From a virus: a stretch of 64,000 nt of DNA. Under the pieces are notes generated by a model that saw only the letters and a program-made list of their open reading frames with translations, was not told where the DNA came from and did not search any database. Location of the stretch: the IMG/VR virus record IMGVR_UViG_3300020048_000026, positions 90,854-154,853 of that record, one strand, 5' to 3'. A program made the translations under genes and the position numbers. Numbering within the stretch: the stretch's first letter is position 1; each line of letters starts with the position of its first letter. Positions 29,994-39,316 of this stretch are shown in pieces.

Positions 29994-31214
29994 TTACGAA
30001 TTTATTAGTTTTTTAAACAATTCTACTCTTTTTTCATTTGCGATAGAGACTTCATAAGTATTTTTAACATATTCAAACATATTTTCACCATGTTCTTTAA
30101 CTTTCTCTGGATTATCAATATAAAATTTCATTGCTTCATACCATTTCATAGATGAATCTTTATCTTCATCAATTAAGAATCCTTTTTGTTTTCCATCTAA
30201 TTTACCTTCAATATCATCTATTGTGTAAGGTCCATAATTGCTACATATAATTGGACAATGGTGTGCTCCAGCTTCTACAACTTTTAGTTGACTTTTTACA
30301 AGATTAAAAGAGTTATTATTTTTAAGTGGAGTAAGAACAACGTCCGCTTCATTATACATTGTACCATAAAGTAGAATTGGTTTAGTCCATCTTCTTTGAT
30401 AAAATTCACCTTTGAATTCTTCTTTATAGCCATAACTATCTCTACCATTGTCAGTTGCTTGTTTTAACCAAGATGAGTATTCCCCATTTTTTACCCATTT
30501 CATATTATTGGTAAAAATTGATTCAAAAAATGTCCAAGTACTTCTATTTGGATCATCTTTTTTCATACCCTGTGGTGTGTTCATCCTTAAATCATATCCA
30601 CAAAGATACATTTGTGTTTTTTCAAGGTGTTGTCTATCTAGTTTTTCAAATGCTGGTTTTAATAATCTCAAATCTACTAAGTGAGTTATTCCACCACCCC
30701 ATAGAAATCTAACTTTTTCCGTCGGTTTTTTATTAGATACCCATTGTTGTTCTTTTAGATTAACAGAATTTGGAATTACATGTACATTAGGATTGAACTC
30801 TTTAATTTTTTCTGCTAAAAATTTTGTTGTAGTTGTTATAGCATCTGCCTCCTTAATTTGATCTTCAACTACTTTTTGAGCATTCTGCTCTTTCCACATT
30901 TTGAAGTTTGGATGTGCATTTGATAGAACCCAATAATCATCAAGATCATAAACAGTTTTTATATTATTTCTCAATAACATTTCTCTAAAATTTTGTTTGA
31001 AATCTAGATTGCTGAATGGTATTGATTTATTAAAGACTATTATTTTATATTGCCTTAGAAAATTCTCATCATGTAATGGTAATGTGCTATCCATAAGTAA
31101 TCTTAAGTCAACTTCAATATCGGGGTGATTGAAACAAGAGTATGGTGAAAGTATTCGCCAATATCCTACGCCATCCATGTCACTATTAAGTACTAAAACT
31201 TTAAATTTATCCAT
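29994..31214 (-). CDS. GT-B (GT4-like) glycosyltransferase
   Basis: GVGYWRI, VYDLDDYW, ADAITTTT, VIPNSV, WGGGITH..DL, PL...FN..KSQLKVVEAG, IICSNYGPY. Confidence 0.85.
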   Translation of the reverse strand: MDKFKVLVLNSDMDGVGYWRILSPYSCFNHPDIEVDLRLLMDSTLPLHDENFLRQYKIIVFNKSIPFSNLDFKQNFREMLLRNNIKTVYDLDDYWVLSNAHPNFKMWKEQNAQKVVEDQIKEADAITTTTKFLAEKIKEFNPNVHVIPNSVNLKEQQWVSNKKPTEKVRFLWGGGITHLVDLRLLKPAFEKLDRQHLEKTQMYLCGYDLRMNTPQGMKKDDPNRSTWTFFESIFTNNMKWVKNGEYSSWLKQATDNGRDSYGYKEEFKGEFYQRRWTKPILLYGTMYNEADVVLTPLKNNNSFNLVKSQLKVVEAGAHHCPIICSNYGPYTIDDIEGKLDGKQKGFLIDEDKDSSMKWYEAMKFYIDNPEKVKEHGENMFEYVKNTYEVSIANEKRVELFKKLINS

Positions 31215-31293
31215 ATATTTACATATTTATTTTAATTGAATATATTAAATTATTTAGAAATAGTTTAAATTATGTAGTAGTTTTTTAATTTAT

Positions 31294-31315
31294 AAACTTT
31301 CCGTATCTTTGCATT
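31294..31315 (+). promoter_or_regulatory. Early host-type promoter AAACTTTCCGTATCTTTGCATT
   Basis: 22-mer identical to 31537-31558; contains TATCTTTG. Confidence 0.75.
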
Positions 31316-31334
31316 CTAACTAAAAAATGAAATT

Positions 31335-31523
31335 ATGGATATCAAGAAAAAAGAAGGTGAAAGTACTGAAGATTACTTAAAGAGATTGTTTGATCACGCT
31401 GATAACTGTGTTGCAAATTTAGACAAAACATTTGCTGATATGAAGAAGGACGGTGTAACTGGGTTCTGTCCTGAATGTGGTTGTGATATTTACAAAAACA
31501 AAGTACATAAATGTAGTGAATAA
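31335..31523 (+). CDS. Small zinc-ribbon early protein
   Basis: FCPECGC...HKC; directly after early promoter. Confidence 0.65.
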   Translation: MDIKKKEGESTEDYLKRLFDHADNCVANLDKTFADMKKDGVTGFCPECGCDIYKNKVHKCSE

Positions 31524-31536
31524 TTTTTTACTTCAA

Positions 31537-31558
31537 AAACTTTCCGTATCTTTGCATT
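31537..31558 (+). promoter_or_regulatory. Early host-type promoter AAACTTTCCGTATCTTTGCATT
   Basis: Second copy of the 22-mer. Confidence 0.75.
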
Positions 31559-31591
31559 ATCAAAAAATACTAACAATTAAAAACTAAAATT

Positions 31592-31768
31592 ATGTCAAAA
31601 ACAAAAGATTATATTTCAGAAATGATGGATAAAGGTATTGATGTACTTACCGATTCCAATGATTATGATTACGAATATGCTTTATTTCTTGAAGCTGAAT
31701 ATCAAAAGAGTTTACAGGATATGAATCAAACCTTTGAATCTGAAACCGAAACACCAAAATCAGAGTAA
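31592..31768 (+). CDS. Small acidic early protein (58 aa, not in ORF track)
   Basis: MSKTKDYISEMMDKGIDVLTDSNDYDYEYALFLEAEYQKSLQDMNQTFESETETPKSE; follows promoter; stop 3 nt before next ATG. Confidence 0.7.
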   Translation: MSKTKDYISEMMDKGIDVLTDSNDYDYEYALFLEAEYQKSLQDMNQTFESETETPKSE

Positions 31769-31771
31769 TTT

Positions 31772-32197
31772 ATGAAAAATAATATGACAGTTGATAATAC
31801 AATAGTTGTTCATCTTAAAGCAGATGTTAGTACAGGTGAGGTGGATTTTGATATGTATAGTGATGTACTTGGTCAGGATAAGGTTGATGCCGCGTATGAG
31901 GAAGAGGGTGTTCAAAGTATTGATAAAGGTGGTTTTCTTGAAGGATATCCACTTAAAATTGATGTTCTAAAAAAAATCATCGCTGATTTAGAGAAACAAG
32001 GTTGTAATTATGTTTCAATTGATTATAACTGTGATCATCCTGATTATACCTTCTATGGTGTTGATGTTCATGCTGCTACCGAAGAAGAAATTGATGAAGT
32101 AATAAATAAAGATAAAAATGAACGCCTTGTAAAAGCAGAAAAACTTCGGCAAGAAGCAGAAAAACTTATAAATGAAGCAAATAAATTAAGCAAATAA
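31772..32197 (+). CDS. Acidic hypothetical early protein
   Basis: 141-aa ORF. Confidence 0.7.
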   Translation: MKNNMTVDNTIVVHLKADVSTGEVDFDMYSDVLGQDKVDAAYEEEGVQSIDKGGFLEGYPLKIDVLKKIIADLEKQGCNYVSIDYNCDHPDYTFYGVDVHAATEEEIDEVINKDKNERLVKAEKLRQEAEKLINEANKLSK

Positions 32198-32210
32198 ATT
32201 TGTAAAACTC

Positions 32211-32492
32211 ATGAAACTCGTAGTACAATATTTTTTTATGACATTGATTATACTCCAGGGTATTCTCTTGTTTTTCTTTTTCACAAACTTAAATTTTTTG
32301 GGAGTATTATCCTGGATGGGAAGAGGAGAGAATTTAAGTATAATTAAATTATTTTTTCCTTTACTTATTTTTGGTGTAATAAAAATTTGTTATTGGTTTG
32401 CTGATCCACTTTCCAAGTTATTTATTATAATCTTGAGGTGGGTTGTTATTGCTGGAATTTTCTATTTTATTTACTGGTTATTTTTTGTGTAA
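32211..32492 (+). CDS. Three-TM membrane protein
   Basis: Strongly hydrophobic 93 aa. Confidence 0.65.
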   Translation: MKLVVQYFFMTLIILQGILLFFFFTNLNFLGVLSWMGRGENLSIIKLFFPLLIFGVIKICYWFADPLSKLFIIILRWVVIAGIFYFIYWLFFV

Positions 32493-33040
32493 TGATAGAT
32501 ATTTATACGGATTGTGCAGGTTCAACTAATATTCAAGGAATATCAGTTTTTATCATGAATGGTGATAAAGAAAAAGTTTTTAGATTTAGAACTGATACCA
32601 AACAACTAAATAAAGAATTTAGTTGTTCAGAAAAACTCAATAAGACCATTGTTGGAGAAGGTTATGCAATATATAAAGCATTATTGTATGTAAACCAAAA
32701 AAACATAAATGAAAAAGTAAGAATTTATACTGATAATCAAGGTATGTTTTTTTATTTAACTAAACTCTGTCCGATTAAGAGAAAATTAAAAGGTACAATA
32801 ATTGATGTTTTAACAGAGAAATGTTTATCATTAATGACGGATAATATTGAAATTTTGTGGATAAAGGCGCATGTTGGAGTTTATGGAAATGAAGTTGCAA
32901 ATTTTGAGGCTACAATAGCAAGAAAAAGAAAAAATTGGAATGCTACTCCTGTTTTCACTATTAAGAAAAAAATAACAGAATCACAACCAATTCATTTTCA
33001 ACTCAACAAATTTTTAGAATCAATAAAAAATATATCATGA
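32492..33040 (+). CDS. Ribonuclease HI-like protein
   Basis: IYTDC (cf. YTDG), GEGYAI, IYTDNQ, WIKAHVGVYGNEVA. Confidence 0.85.
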   Translation: MIDIYTDCAGSTNIQGISVFIMNGDKEKVFRFRTDTKQLNKEFSCSEKLNKTIVGEGYAIYKALLYVNQKNINEKVRIYTDNQGMFFYLTKLCPIKRKLKGTIIDVLTEKCLSLMTDNIEILWIKAHVGVYGNEVANFEATIARKRKNWNATPVFTIKKKITESQPIHFQLNKFLESIKNIS

Positions 33041-33450
33041 AAATTGTCAAAAAAATATATTATTATTTTATATTTCATTTCGGGTATGCATTTATTCGTA
33101 ATGATGATACTGATACTAATTTGGATATTTTACTTGTCTATTTAAATGATGTTGGAATTAGAACAGTTTCAATGGATTATCATTGGTGTACAATCACTTT
33201 TAAAGATAATACAATTTTTAAATTTTGGAATGCAAATAGATGGTATGCGTGGATGTCTCAGGGTACTATTCATTTCAGTAATGGAAAAAAATTATCTTGG
33301 AGTACTGGTATGCCTTCAAATGAAGTCTTAGTTAAATATAGTAAGGTTATTAGATTTTTAGAGAAACGACAAAAGAGAGAAGAATTTGAGAAATACTTGC
33401 CAGTTAAGGTTTTAAGAAAACAAAAATTAAATAAGTTAAACTCGTTATGA
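33037..33450 (+). CDS. Hypothetical protein with C-terminal RKxKL tag
   Basis: FWNANRWYAWMSQG; ends VLRKQKLNKLNSL. Confidence 0.7.
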   Translation: MKIVKKIYYYFIFHFGYAFIRNDDTDTNLDILLVYLNDVGIRTVSMDYHWCTITFKDNTIFKFWNANRWYAWMSQGTIHFSNGKKLSWSTGMPSNEVLVKYSKVIRFLEKRQKREEFEKYLPVKVLRKQKLNKLNSL

Positions 33451-33740
33451 TACAAGAAATTATATTAGGAATAAATTGGAACATTAAAAATCCAATTTCA
33501 GAGGTGATTGGAGATCAATTGATTGTTACAGGTAAAGATGAAAAAACAAATTCTGATGTCACAATTACAATTGAAAAATATAAAAGTGTTATAGAATGGT
33601 TGGAAAGAGAAGCAAATCTTTATAAAAATCTTTTTGACAATGTTAAAGGACCAAAATCACATTTTAAAAATTCAATGGAAGTTTATTTAAGAAGACTTCA
33701 GATTTTAAGAAAATATTCAGAAAAAGTTAATTTATCTTAA
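33447..33740 (+). CDS. Hypothetical protein
   Basis: 97-aa ORF with ATGA overlap. Confidence 0.6.
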   Translation: MIQEIILGINWNIKNPISEVIGDQLIVTGKDEKTNSDVTITIEKYKSVIEWLEREANLYKNLFDNVKGPKSHFKNSMEVYLRRLQILRKYSEKVNLS

Positions 33741-36700
33741 TTTTCTTTTTTAAGTCTTCTAATTCTGTTAGCCACATATCAATTGTTGTAATCTGAGTTA
33801 TTTTTTCAATTTCTAATTTGATTTTATCATATGATAGTTTTAAGTCTTCTAGTTTATCCTTAGATAAACTTATGAGTGAAATATTAAGTAGATAGTCATA
33901 ACTATCTTTATACATTTCAATATTTTTTGCCTCTATTTGCTTAATAATACTTTCTTTTGTTTTATTTTCAAATACAATTTCTTTTTTCAATACACAGTTT
34001 ATAAATTTCATTTTATTTACTGTGTATTTTTTTTGGTCTTCAAGTTTTTGAAGACTGTTTTTCTTTCTTAAATCATAATAATTAATTCTCAATTCAATAA
34101 ATTTATCAATAATTTCATATTGGTCCTTATATGAATTTATTTTACCGTTTTCATCAAATAGATTCATATTATTCATATTTATATATGATTCAAGATTGAA
34201 TTTTTTTATTATCATTTCGTCTGTTACATTTTGAAGGTTTTCTTCAGGTAACGATACAATAATATTAACGTCAGTATCAGTACAGTACTTATCATAATCT
34301 TTTATGTATTTTTCATCTATTAACTTATTTAAAAATTCATAGTACTTCTCATTCCAGATTAGTATTGGAAGTTCTAAGATGTTTAGGCGGTTTTTTGGTA
34401 GTCTTTTAAATATACCCCTTGATATGTATCTACCGTTATCAATATCGCTTATAATCTCACCTTTGAAGCCTTTAAACCAAGGTTCCAATACTATATTCTT
34501 CTTCGTCTTTTTAATTTTGTTTTCTATATAGTTTATAATATCTATGGGATTAAATTCTGGTACATAACTACTCCATCCAGTTCCAATACCATCGGAACCG
34601 TTAACTAAAACCATTGGTATTATTGGTACATAGTATTTTGGTTCTACTGAATATCCATCATCTATTAAATATTCTAAAATTTCATCATCATCTTCTTTAA
34701 ATATATCTCTTGTTAAAGATGCAAGTTTGGTGAAAATGTATCTACTTGCAGATGCATCTTTACCACCTTTACCTCTTGTTCCATATTCTCCTTTAGGATT
34801 CAATAAATTTATATTATTTGAGCCTGTAAAATCTTGTGCTAAACCAATAATTGTACTTTCAAGTGATTGTGGACCATGATGATATGCTGATTGCTCTAAA
34901 ACTGACCCCATAAGTAATTCAACTTTTACCTCATTTTTAAAATTTCTTTTGAATAAAGTATAAAGAATTTTTCTTTGTGAAGGTTTTAATCCATCCATAA
35001 TTGATGGTATGGATCTGATATTATCAGCCATACTAAATTCAATAAATTCATTATTGAAAAACAAATCATATGTTTGTTTAGTTTTAAATTTATCTAACTC
35101 AACACCAGGTTTATATCCTAATAACCATTCTTTCCTATTTTCAACTCTTTTTTTATTAAAAGCCAAATCAATCATATCTCTTTCCTTTTTAATATCAGAG
35201 GCATTAAATCTTATAAGATGTTTTGCAATATCTTTAAAAAACAATTTGGCTTCTTTTGGTTCAATAGTACCTAATCCTTTATAATATTTTATAAAATAAC
35301 CTGATTCTGTATTTTCAGTTTTCCATTTTTTATAATCTGATAGCCTATAAAAATATTTTACTTTTGTTCCTTTTTCAATTTTAACAATAGGAGTAATAAA
35401 CTCATAGATGAAGTCCATTTCTAGTAGTTCGGGCCAGTAAGTATCAAAGATATTTAGTACAAGTCCTTTAATATGACTACCATCTGTGTCCATATCTGAC
35501 ATAATGACAATTTTACCATACCTTAGTGTTCTTGTTGATGTATATTTTTTACCAAACTCAAGTCCTAATGCTGATATAATATTTGAAATTTCTTCATTTT
35601 CTCTCATTTTTTGTAGAGTTATATCTCTAACATTCAGAGGTTTACCTTTAAGTGGAAATAAACCAAAGTAATCATTACCTGTTACAGAAAACCCTCTTTT
35701 TGCTGTTGATGCTGCTGAATCACCTTCGGTTAAGAACAAATGACATTTCATATTATCTGGTATTTTTCCAGCTTTGTTAGCATCATCTAATTTGGCAATT
35801 CTAACTTTAACTTTTTGACCGTTTTGTGTTGATTTTTTTGCCTCTTGAAATTCTTTTATTGTTGCAAAATTAACAATATCATTTTTAATTTCTGACGTGG
35901 ATAGTTTTTTAATGAAATTTTCTGAAACTTCTATATCTTTAATTAAATCCCCTACCATTCTTGTCGTCATATTTTCTTTTGTTTGTGTTTCAAAAGAAGG
36001 ATTAGGTATTCTACAACTAAGAAATAAGAACAAGTGATTTTTTATCATTGCTTGTTTAACATTAACGCCTTTGTTTAATTTTTCAATTTTTTCACCTAAT
36101 AGTTTAACTATTTGATTTGATATATAATTTACGTGTGTACCACCAACATGTGTTGATATACCATTTACCATTGATATTTGTTGAAACATATCATTAGGTG
36201 ATCTTGCGATTCCAATTTCCCAATTTTCATTTATTTTTTCGTAGAATAATTCTTCTTCATCATTTATAAACATTCTCATGTAGTCTTTGAATGTTTTAAT
36301 AGGAATAAGTATATTGTTATAATATACTTTAACACCTGGACTATAAGCAGCAATATCTATTGCTCTTTTAAGAAAAATTGATTGAATTTCATCTGTAATT
36401 TCAACTAAATCAAATTTTTTGAAATCTGGATAATATGTAATATTTGTTAAATTTTTTGAAGATTTTGTTATTGATGGTTTTGTTTTTTTATCCATATTAT
36501 CAGTAAATGTCTGACAATATTTTTTTTTACCATCTGAGGTTTCAATAGTAAATTTAGTAGAAAATATGTTTGTCAATTTTACTCCAAGTCCATGTGTACC
36601 ACCAACCATTCTTTGATCATTTTCATCAAAATTTTCTCCTGACATAAGATTACCAAATATAAGTTCAGGAACATACATTTTATGTTCTTTATGCATCTCA

Positions 36701-37017
36701 ATTGGAATGCCTGGACCATCATTCTCTATTGATATATGATCTTTTTCTACATGAATTTTAATATATTTAACTAATCCAGTTCTTATATAGTGATCAGAAG
36801 CATTAGTTAATACTTCATCAAATAATTTGATAAATCCTGCATTATATTCTACAGTTTTATAATTGAACTTGCTTCCTTTAATCTCGTTTATATCTTCAAA
36901 TACAAACATTTTGGTTGGTTCTGTATATACATTTCCAATGTACATACCTGGCTTCTTAAGTATATGTTCTTTATGTGTGAGTTTTTTATATCGTTCTTCA
37001 ATAGTTTTTTTAGCCAT
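33727..37017 (-). CDS. Type IIA DNA topoisomerase, single-chain ATPase+TOPRIM+cleavage fusion
   Basis: EHIL.KPGMYIG, DEVLTNA, NDGPGIP, GGTHGLGVKL, TEGDSA, PLKGK, DMDTDGSHIKGL, YYKGLGT, DGLKPSQRK, YHHG, SASRYI (catalytic Tyr). Confidence 0.96.
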   Translation of the reverse strand: MAKKTIEERYKKLTHKEHILKKPGMYIGNVYTEPTKMFVFEDINEIKGSKFNYKTVEYNAGFIKLFDEVLTNASDHYIRTGLVKYIKIHVEKDHISIENDGPGIPIEMHKEHKMYVPELIFGNLMSGENFDENDQRMVGGTHGLGVKLTNIFSTKFTIETSDGKKKYCQTFTDNMDKKTKPSITKSSKNLTNITYYPDFKKFDLVEITDEIQSIFLKRAIDIAAYSPGVKVYYNNILIPIKTFKDYMRMFINDEEELFYEKINENWEIGIARSPNDMFQQISMVNGISTHVGGTHVNYISNQIVKLLGEKIEKLNKGVNVKQAMIKNHLFLFLSCRIPNPSFETQTKENMTTRMVGDLIKDIEVSENFIKKLSTSEIKNDIVNFATIKEFQEAKKSTQNGQKVKVRIAKLDDANKAGKIPDNMKCHLFLTEGDSAASTAKRGFSVTGNDYFGLFPLKGKPLNVRDITLQKMRENEEISNIISALGLEFGKKYTSTRTLRYGKIVIMSDMDTDGSHIKGLVLNIFDTYWPELLEMDFIYEFITPIVKIEKGTKVKYFYRLSDYKKWKTENTESGYFIKYYKGLGTIEPKEAKLFFKDIAKHLIRFNASDIKKERDMIDLAFNKKRVENRKEWLLGYKPGVELDKFKTKQTYDLFFNNEFIEFSMADNIRSIPSIMDGLKPSQRKILYTLFKRNFKNEVKVELLMGSVLEQSAYHHGPQSLESTIIGLAQDFTGSNNINLLNPKGEYGTRGKGGKDASASRYIFTKLASLTRDIFKEDDDEILEYLIDDGYSVEPKYYVPIIPMVLVNGSDGIGTGWSSYVPEFNPIDIINYIENKIKKTKKNIVLEPWFKGFKGEIISDIDNGRYISRGIFKRLPKNRLNILELPILIWNEKYYEFLNKLIDEKYIKDYDKYCTDTDVNIIVSLPEENLQNVTDEMIIKKFNLESYINMNNMNLFDENGKINSYKDQYEIIDKFIELRINYYDLRKKNSLQKLEDQKKYTVNKMKFINCVLKKEIVFENKTKESIIKQIEAKNIEMYKDSYDYLLNISLISLSKDKLEDLKLSYDKIKLEIEKITQITTIDMWLTELEDLKKKIKIN

Positions 37018-37252
37018 TCAATTCTATTTTTTTTAATTTTTCTTTTCTAATTTGTTTGTAATAATCTGTATCTTCTGCATAAATGTATTGTCTATGACCA
37101 TATTCACCTAATGATGATAAGTAGATAACTAAAACATCTTTTTCATTATCTGGTGAATGAGCAGGAATAAATTTATCAATATTTATATGAGTATCAATAT
37201 GTTTATTATACCAAAAATCTTTTCTGGTGGATTTAAGTATCTTTATTACCAT
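37010..37252 (-). CDS. Hypothetical protein with C-terminal RKxKL tag
   Basis: Ends QIRKEKLKKIELNG. Confidence 0.65.
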   Translation of the reverse strand: MVIKILKSTRKDFWYNKHIDTHINIDKFIPAHSPDNEKDVLVIYLSSLGEYGHRQYIYAEDTDYYKQIRKEKLKKIELNG

Positions 37253-37703
37253 TTAATTTTTTTAATTTTAATTGTCTAATATATTTTTTAGGATTATTAT
37301 CGTATAATTTTCCAGCAACATTATAGAAGTCAATTTCTAAGAGAAAATCCTGAATTCTTGTTTTTTGAAGTGATTTAATATCTAAGAAATTTTCCTTGTA
37401 CTTATATAGTATTTCACCAGTCATAGGATTTACACATGTTGTCATATTTTCTAAATACGTTGTTGGAATATTCTCAATTAGATAAGTGTGAACATTCTTT
37501 AAAAATTTTGGAAGTTTGTTTTCTTTTTCAAGTACTGCTGTATATACATTAACATATATTTCTTTTCCTTCTAAATCTCGTTTCAGTTCTAATTGATAAG
37601 AAACTTCATCTTCAATATAGGGTATCAAATATCTAATATCACTGAACACACTTTCTATAACAGGTCTCCATTTTTGAATAATTTTATTTCTATCTGTTAA
37701 CAT
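37233..37703 (-). CDS. Hypothetical protein with C-terminal RKxKL tag
   Basis: Ends YIRQLKLKKLNGNKDT. Confidence 0.65.
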   Translation of the reverse strand: MLTDRNKIIQKWRPVIESVFSDIRYLIPYIEDEVSYQLELKRDLEGKEIYVNVYTAVLEKENKLPKFLKNVHTYLIENIPTTYLENMTTCVNPMTGEILYKYKENFLDIKSLQKTRIQDFLLEIDFYNVAGKLYDNNPKKYIRQLKLKKLNGNKDT

Positions 37704-38232
37704 AACAATTTATTTGTATTAATTTTTTCTTTCTTATATCTAAATCAATTCTTTTTTTCAAATCAATTAGAGTAATTGTATAATCTCTACCCTCTATTCT
37801 TCTATACCATACTCCTGTATTTAAATTTCTACCACTTGGTATACCTGATATTTCTTTGTGATGAAAAATTTCATTATTTTGAAAATCTTCTAATTTTTTA
37901 CAACCTCTTGGTATAGTATTAAGTGAATCGTGTACTAACTTACCATCAATATAGAACCAATTACTTGTTCCCTGAAAAAATGCTTTAGGATCATCACAAT
38001 GTTTAATTAAAGCCGCACCATATAAATTATGTAGAACACCTTTTTCTAAAAAATATTCATAACCATCAAATAATAAGTGACTTATATTTTTCTTGTTTAG
38101 ATCTAAATATTCATATAATGAATAAAAATCATTAAAATCTTTTCTATATAGTTTAGTAGATGATGTTTCCAAACTTAGAAAATCTCTCCAGGATATTTTA
38201 CATTCTTTCTCACCGAAGTTATACATTATCAT
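37690..38232 (-). CDS. Hypothetical protein (one MORN-variant-like G.LH..G.A.I...W..G unit) with RKxKL tag
   Basis: GVLHNLYGAALI...WFYIDGK; ends DIRKKKLIQIN. Confidence 0.65.
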   Translation of the reverse strand: MIMYNFGEKECKISWRDFLSLETSSTKLYRKDFNDFYSLYEYLDLNKKNISHLLFDGYEYFLEKGVLHNLYGAALIKHCDDPKAFFQGTSNWFYIDGKLVHDSLNTIPRGCKKLEDFQNNEIFHHKEISGIPSGRNLNTGVWYRRIEGRDYTITLIDLKKRIDLDIRKKKLIQINCYVNR

Positions 38233-38876
38233 AGTTTTGATAGTTTTTTTAGCTTCTCTTTTCTGAAAATCATAGACATTTCATTTAATTCATCTTTTGT
38301 TATAATTTCATCTTGTGTCATATAATGATCACGCATACCAGAACAAGCAGTTAAAACAATAGGTACAGGTACAGTATCAGAAAAAGTATATTTAGATAAT
38401 TCATTTTGTCTTGCTTCATAATTAATACCAAATTCTTTATTAACAGAATATTCAGGTGATGAAATAACAACCGCTAAAACTGGAGAGTTTTTATATACTA
38501 CATTTAATGATTGACATAATTCATCATATTTAGCATCGGTAAGATTAAATTTTTGCCATCTATCAAGTAGAATGTTTTGAATTTTATCATGATCAAACCA
38601 AATTCTTCTATCTATTTTTTTTAAATGTTTTATTAGAGTTAGTCTTTGTCCAGTAGAAAAATTCTCTAAAAGATTTGTTGGTTTAAAACTATAATTATTC
38701 CAATTTTTTTGTGCTTCAACTCTATCATATAAATATAGTAATTCTGGAAATTTTTCACAAAATTCATAGTATTGATAGACCTTTGCTTTACTATTTTTTT
38801 CTTTCTTCTTTTTGAATTTCATAATGGAAAGGTCTTTTATAACTTTCAATAATTGATAAAAAGGTGAATTCATCAT
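38229..38876 (-). CDS. Hypothetical protein with C-terminal RKxKL tag
   Basis: Ends IFRKEKLKKLSKL. Confidence 0.65.
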   Translation of the reverse strand: MMNSPFYQLLKVIKDLSIMKFKKKKEKNSKAKVYQYYEFCEKFPELLYLYDRVEAQKNWNNYSFKPTNLLENFSTGQRLTLIKHLKKIDRRIWFDHDKIQNILLDRWQKFNLTDAKYDELCQSLNVVYKNSPVLAVVISSPEYSVNKEFGINYEARQNELSKYTFSDTVPVPIVLTACSGMRDHYMTQDEIITKDELNEMSMIFRKEKLKKLSKL

Positions 38877-39316
38877 GATTTTTCTATTTTTTGTAATTTT
38901 AATTTTCTTAATTCTTTAACACTTATGAAATTGTCTTTAACAACTCTTAAAGGAACTGTTAACCCACCAGATTTTTGAAATGTAATAATTGTATTTTGTT
39001 TACTTTTCTTTTCAACTTCCTTCCATGTTAGAATTTCATTACCAAATCCAACAACTCTATCCGTTTTCATTAAATGTTTATATTCCTTTTTTGAGACTTT
39101 TTTACCATTCCAAGCATATATTTTCTTAAATGGTGTTTCTCCTCTCGCATTATTTACTCCAGAAATAGTATATCCTTTTTTGTGCCAAACAGCATCAATA
39201 GTATATTCTTTAATTTGTTTGCTTTTGATATATTTTAGAGAGTTATTAAATAATTCATCTTCATATTCAATTTCTTTAGGTAGAAAAATCAGTTTTAATC
39301 CAGGTTTATATTTCAT
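38873..39316 (-). CDS. Hypothetical protein with C-terminal RKxKL tag
   Basis: Ends ELRKLKLQKIEKS. Confidence 0.65.
   Translation of the reverse strand: MKYKPGLKLIFLPKEIEYEDELFNNSLKYIKSKQIKEYTIDAVWHKKGYTISGVNNARGETPFKKIYAWNGKKVSKKEYKHLMKTDRVVGFGNEILTWKEVEKKSKQNTIITFQKSGGLTVPLRVVKDNFISVKELRKLKLQKIEKS

Noticed and set aside
33727-37017. Eukaryotic giant virus (NCLDV) origin of the contig
   Set aside because: Operonic overlaps, Bacteroidetes-type promoters, gp46, UvsW/UvsY, gp14-like neck protein and bacterial-type TPM and response-regulator genes indicate a bacteriophage
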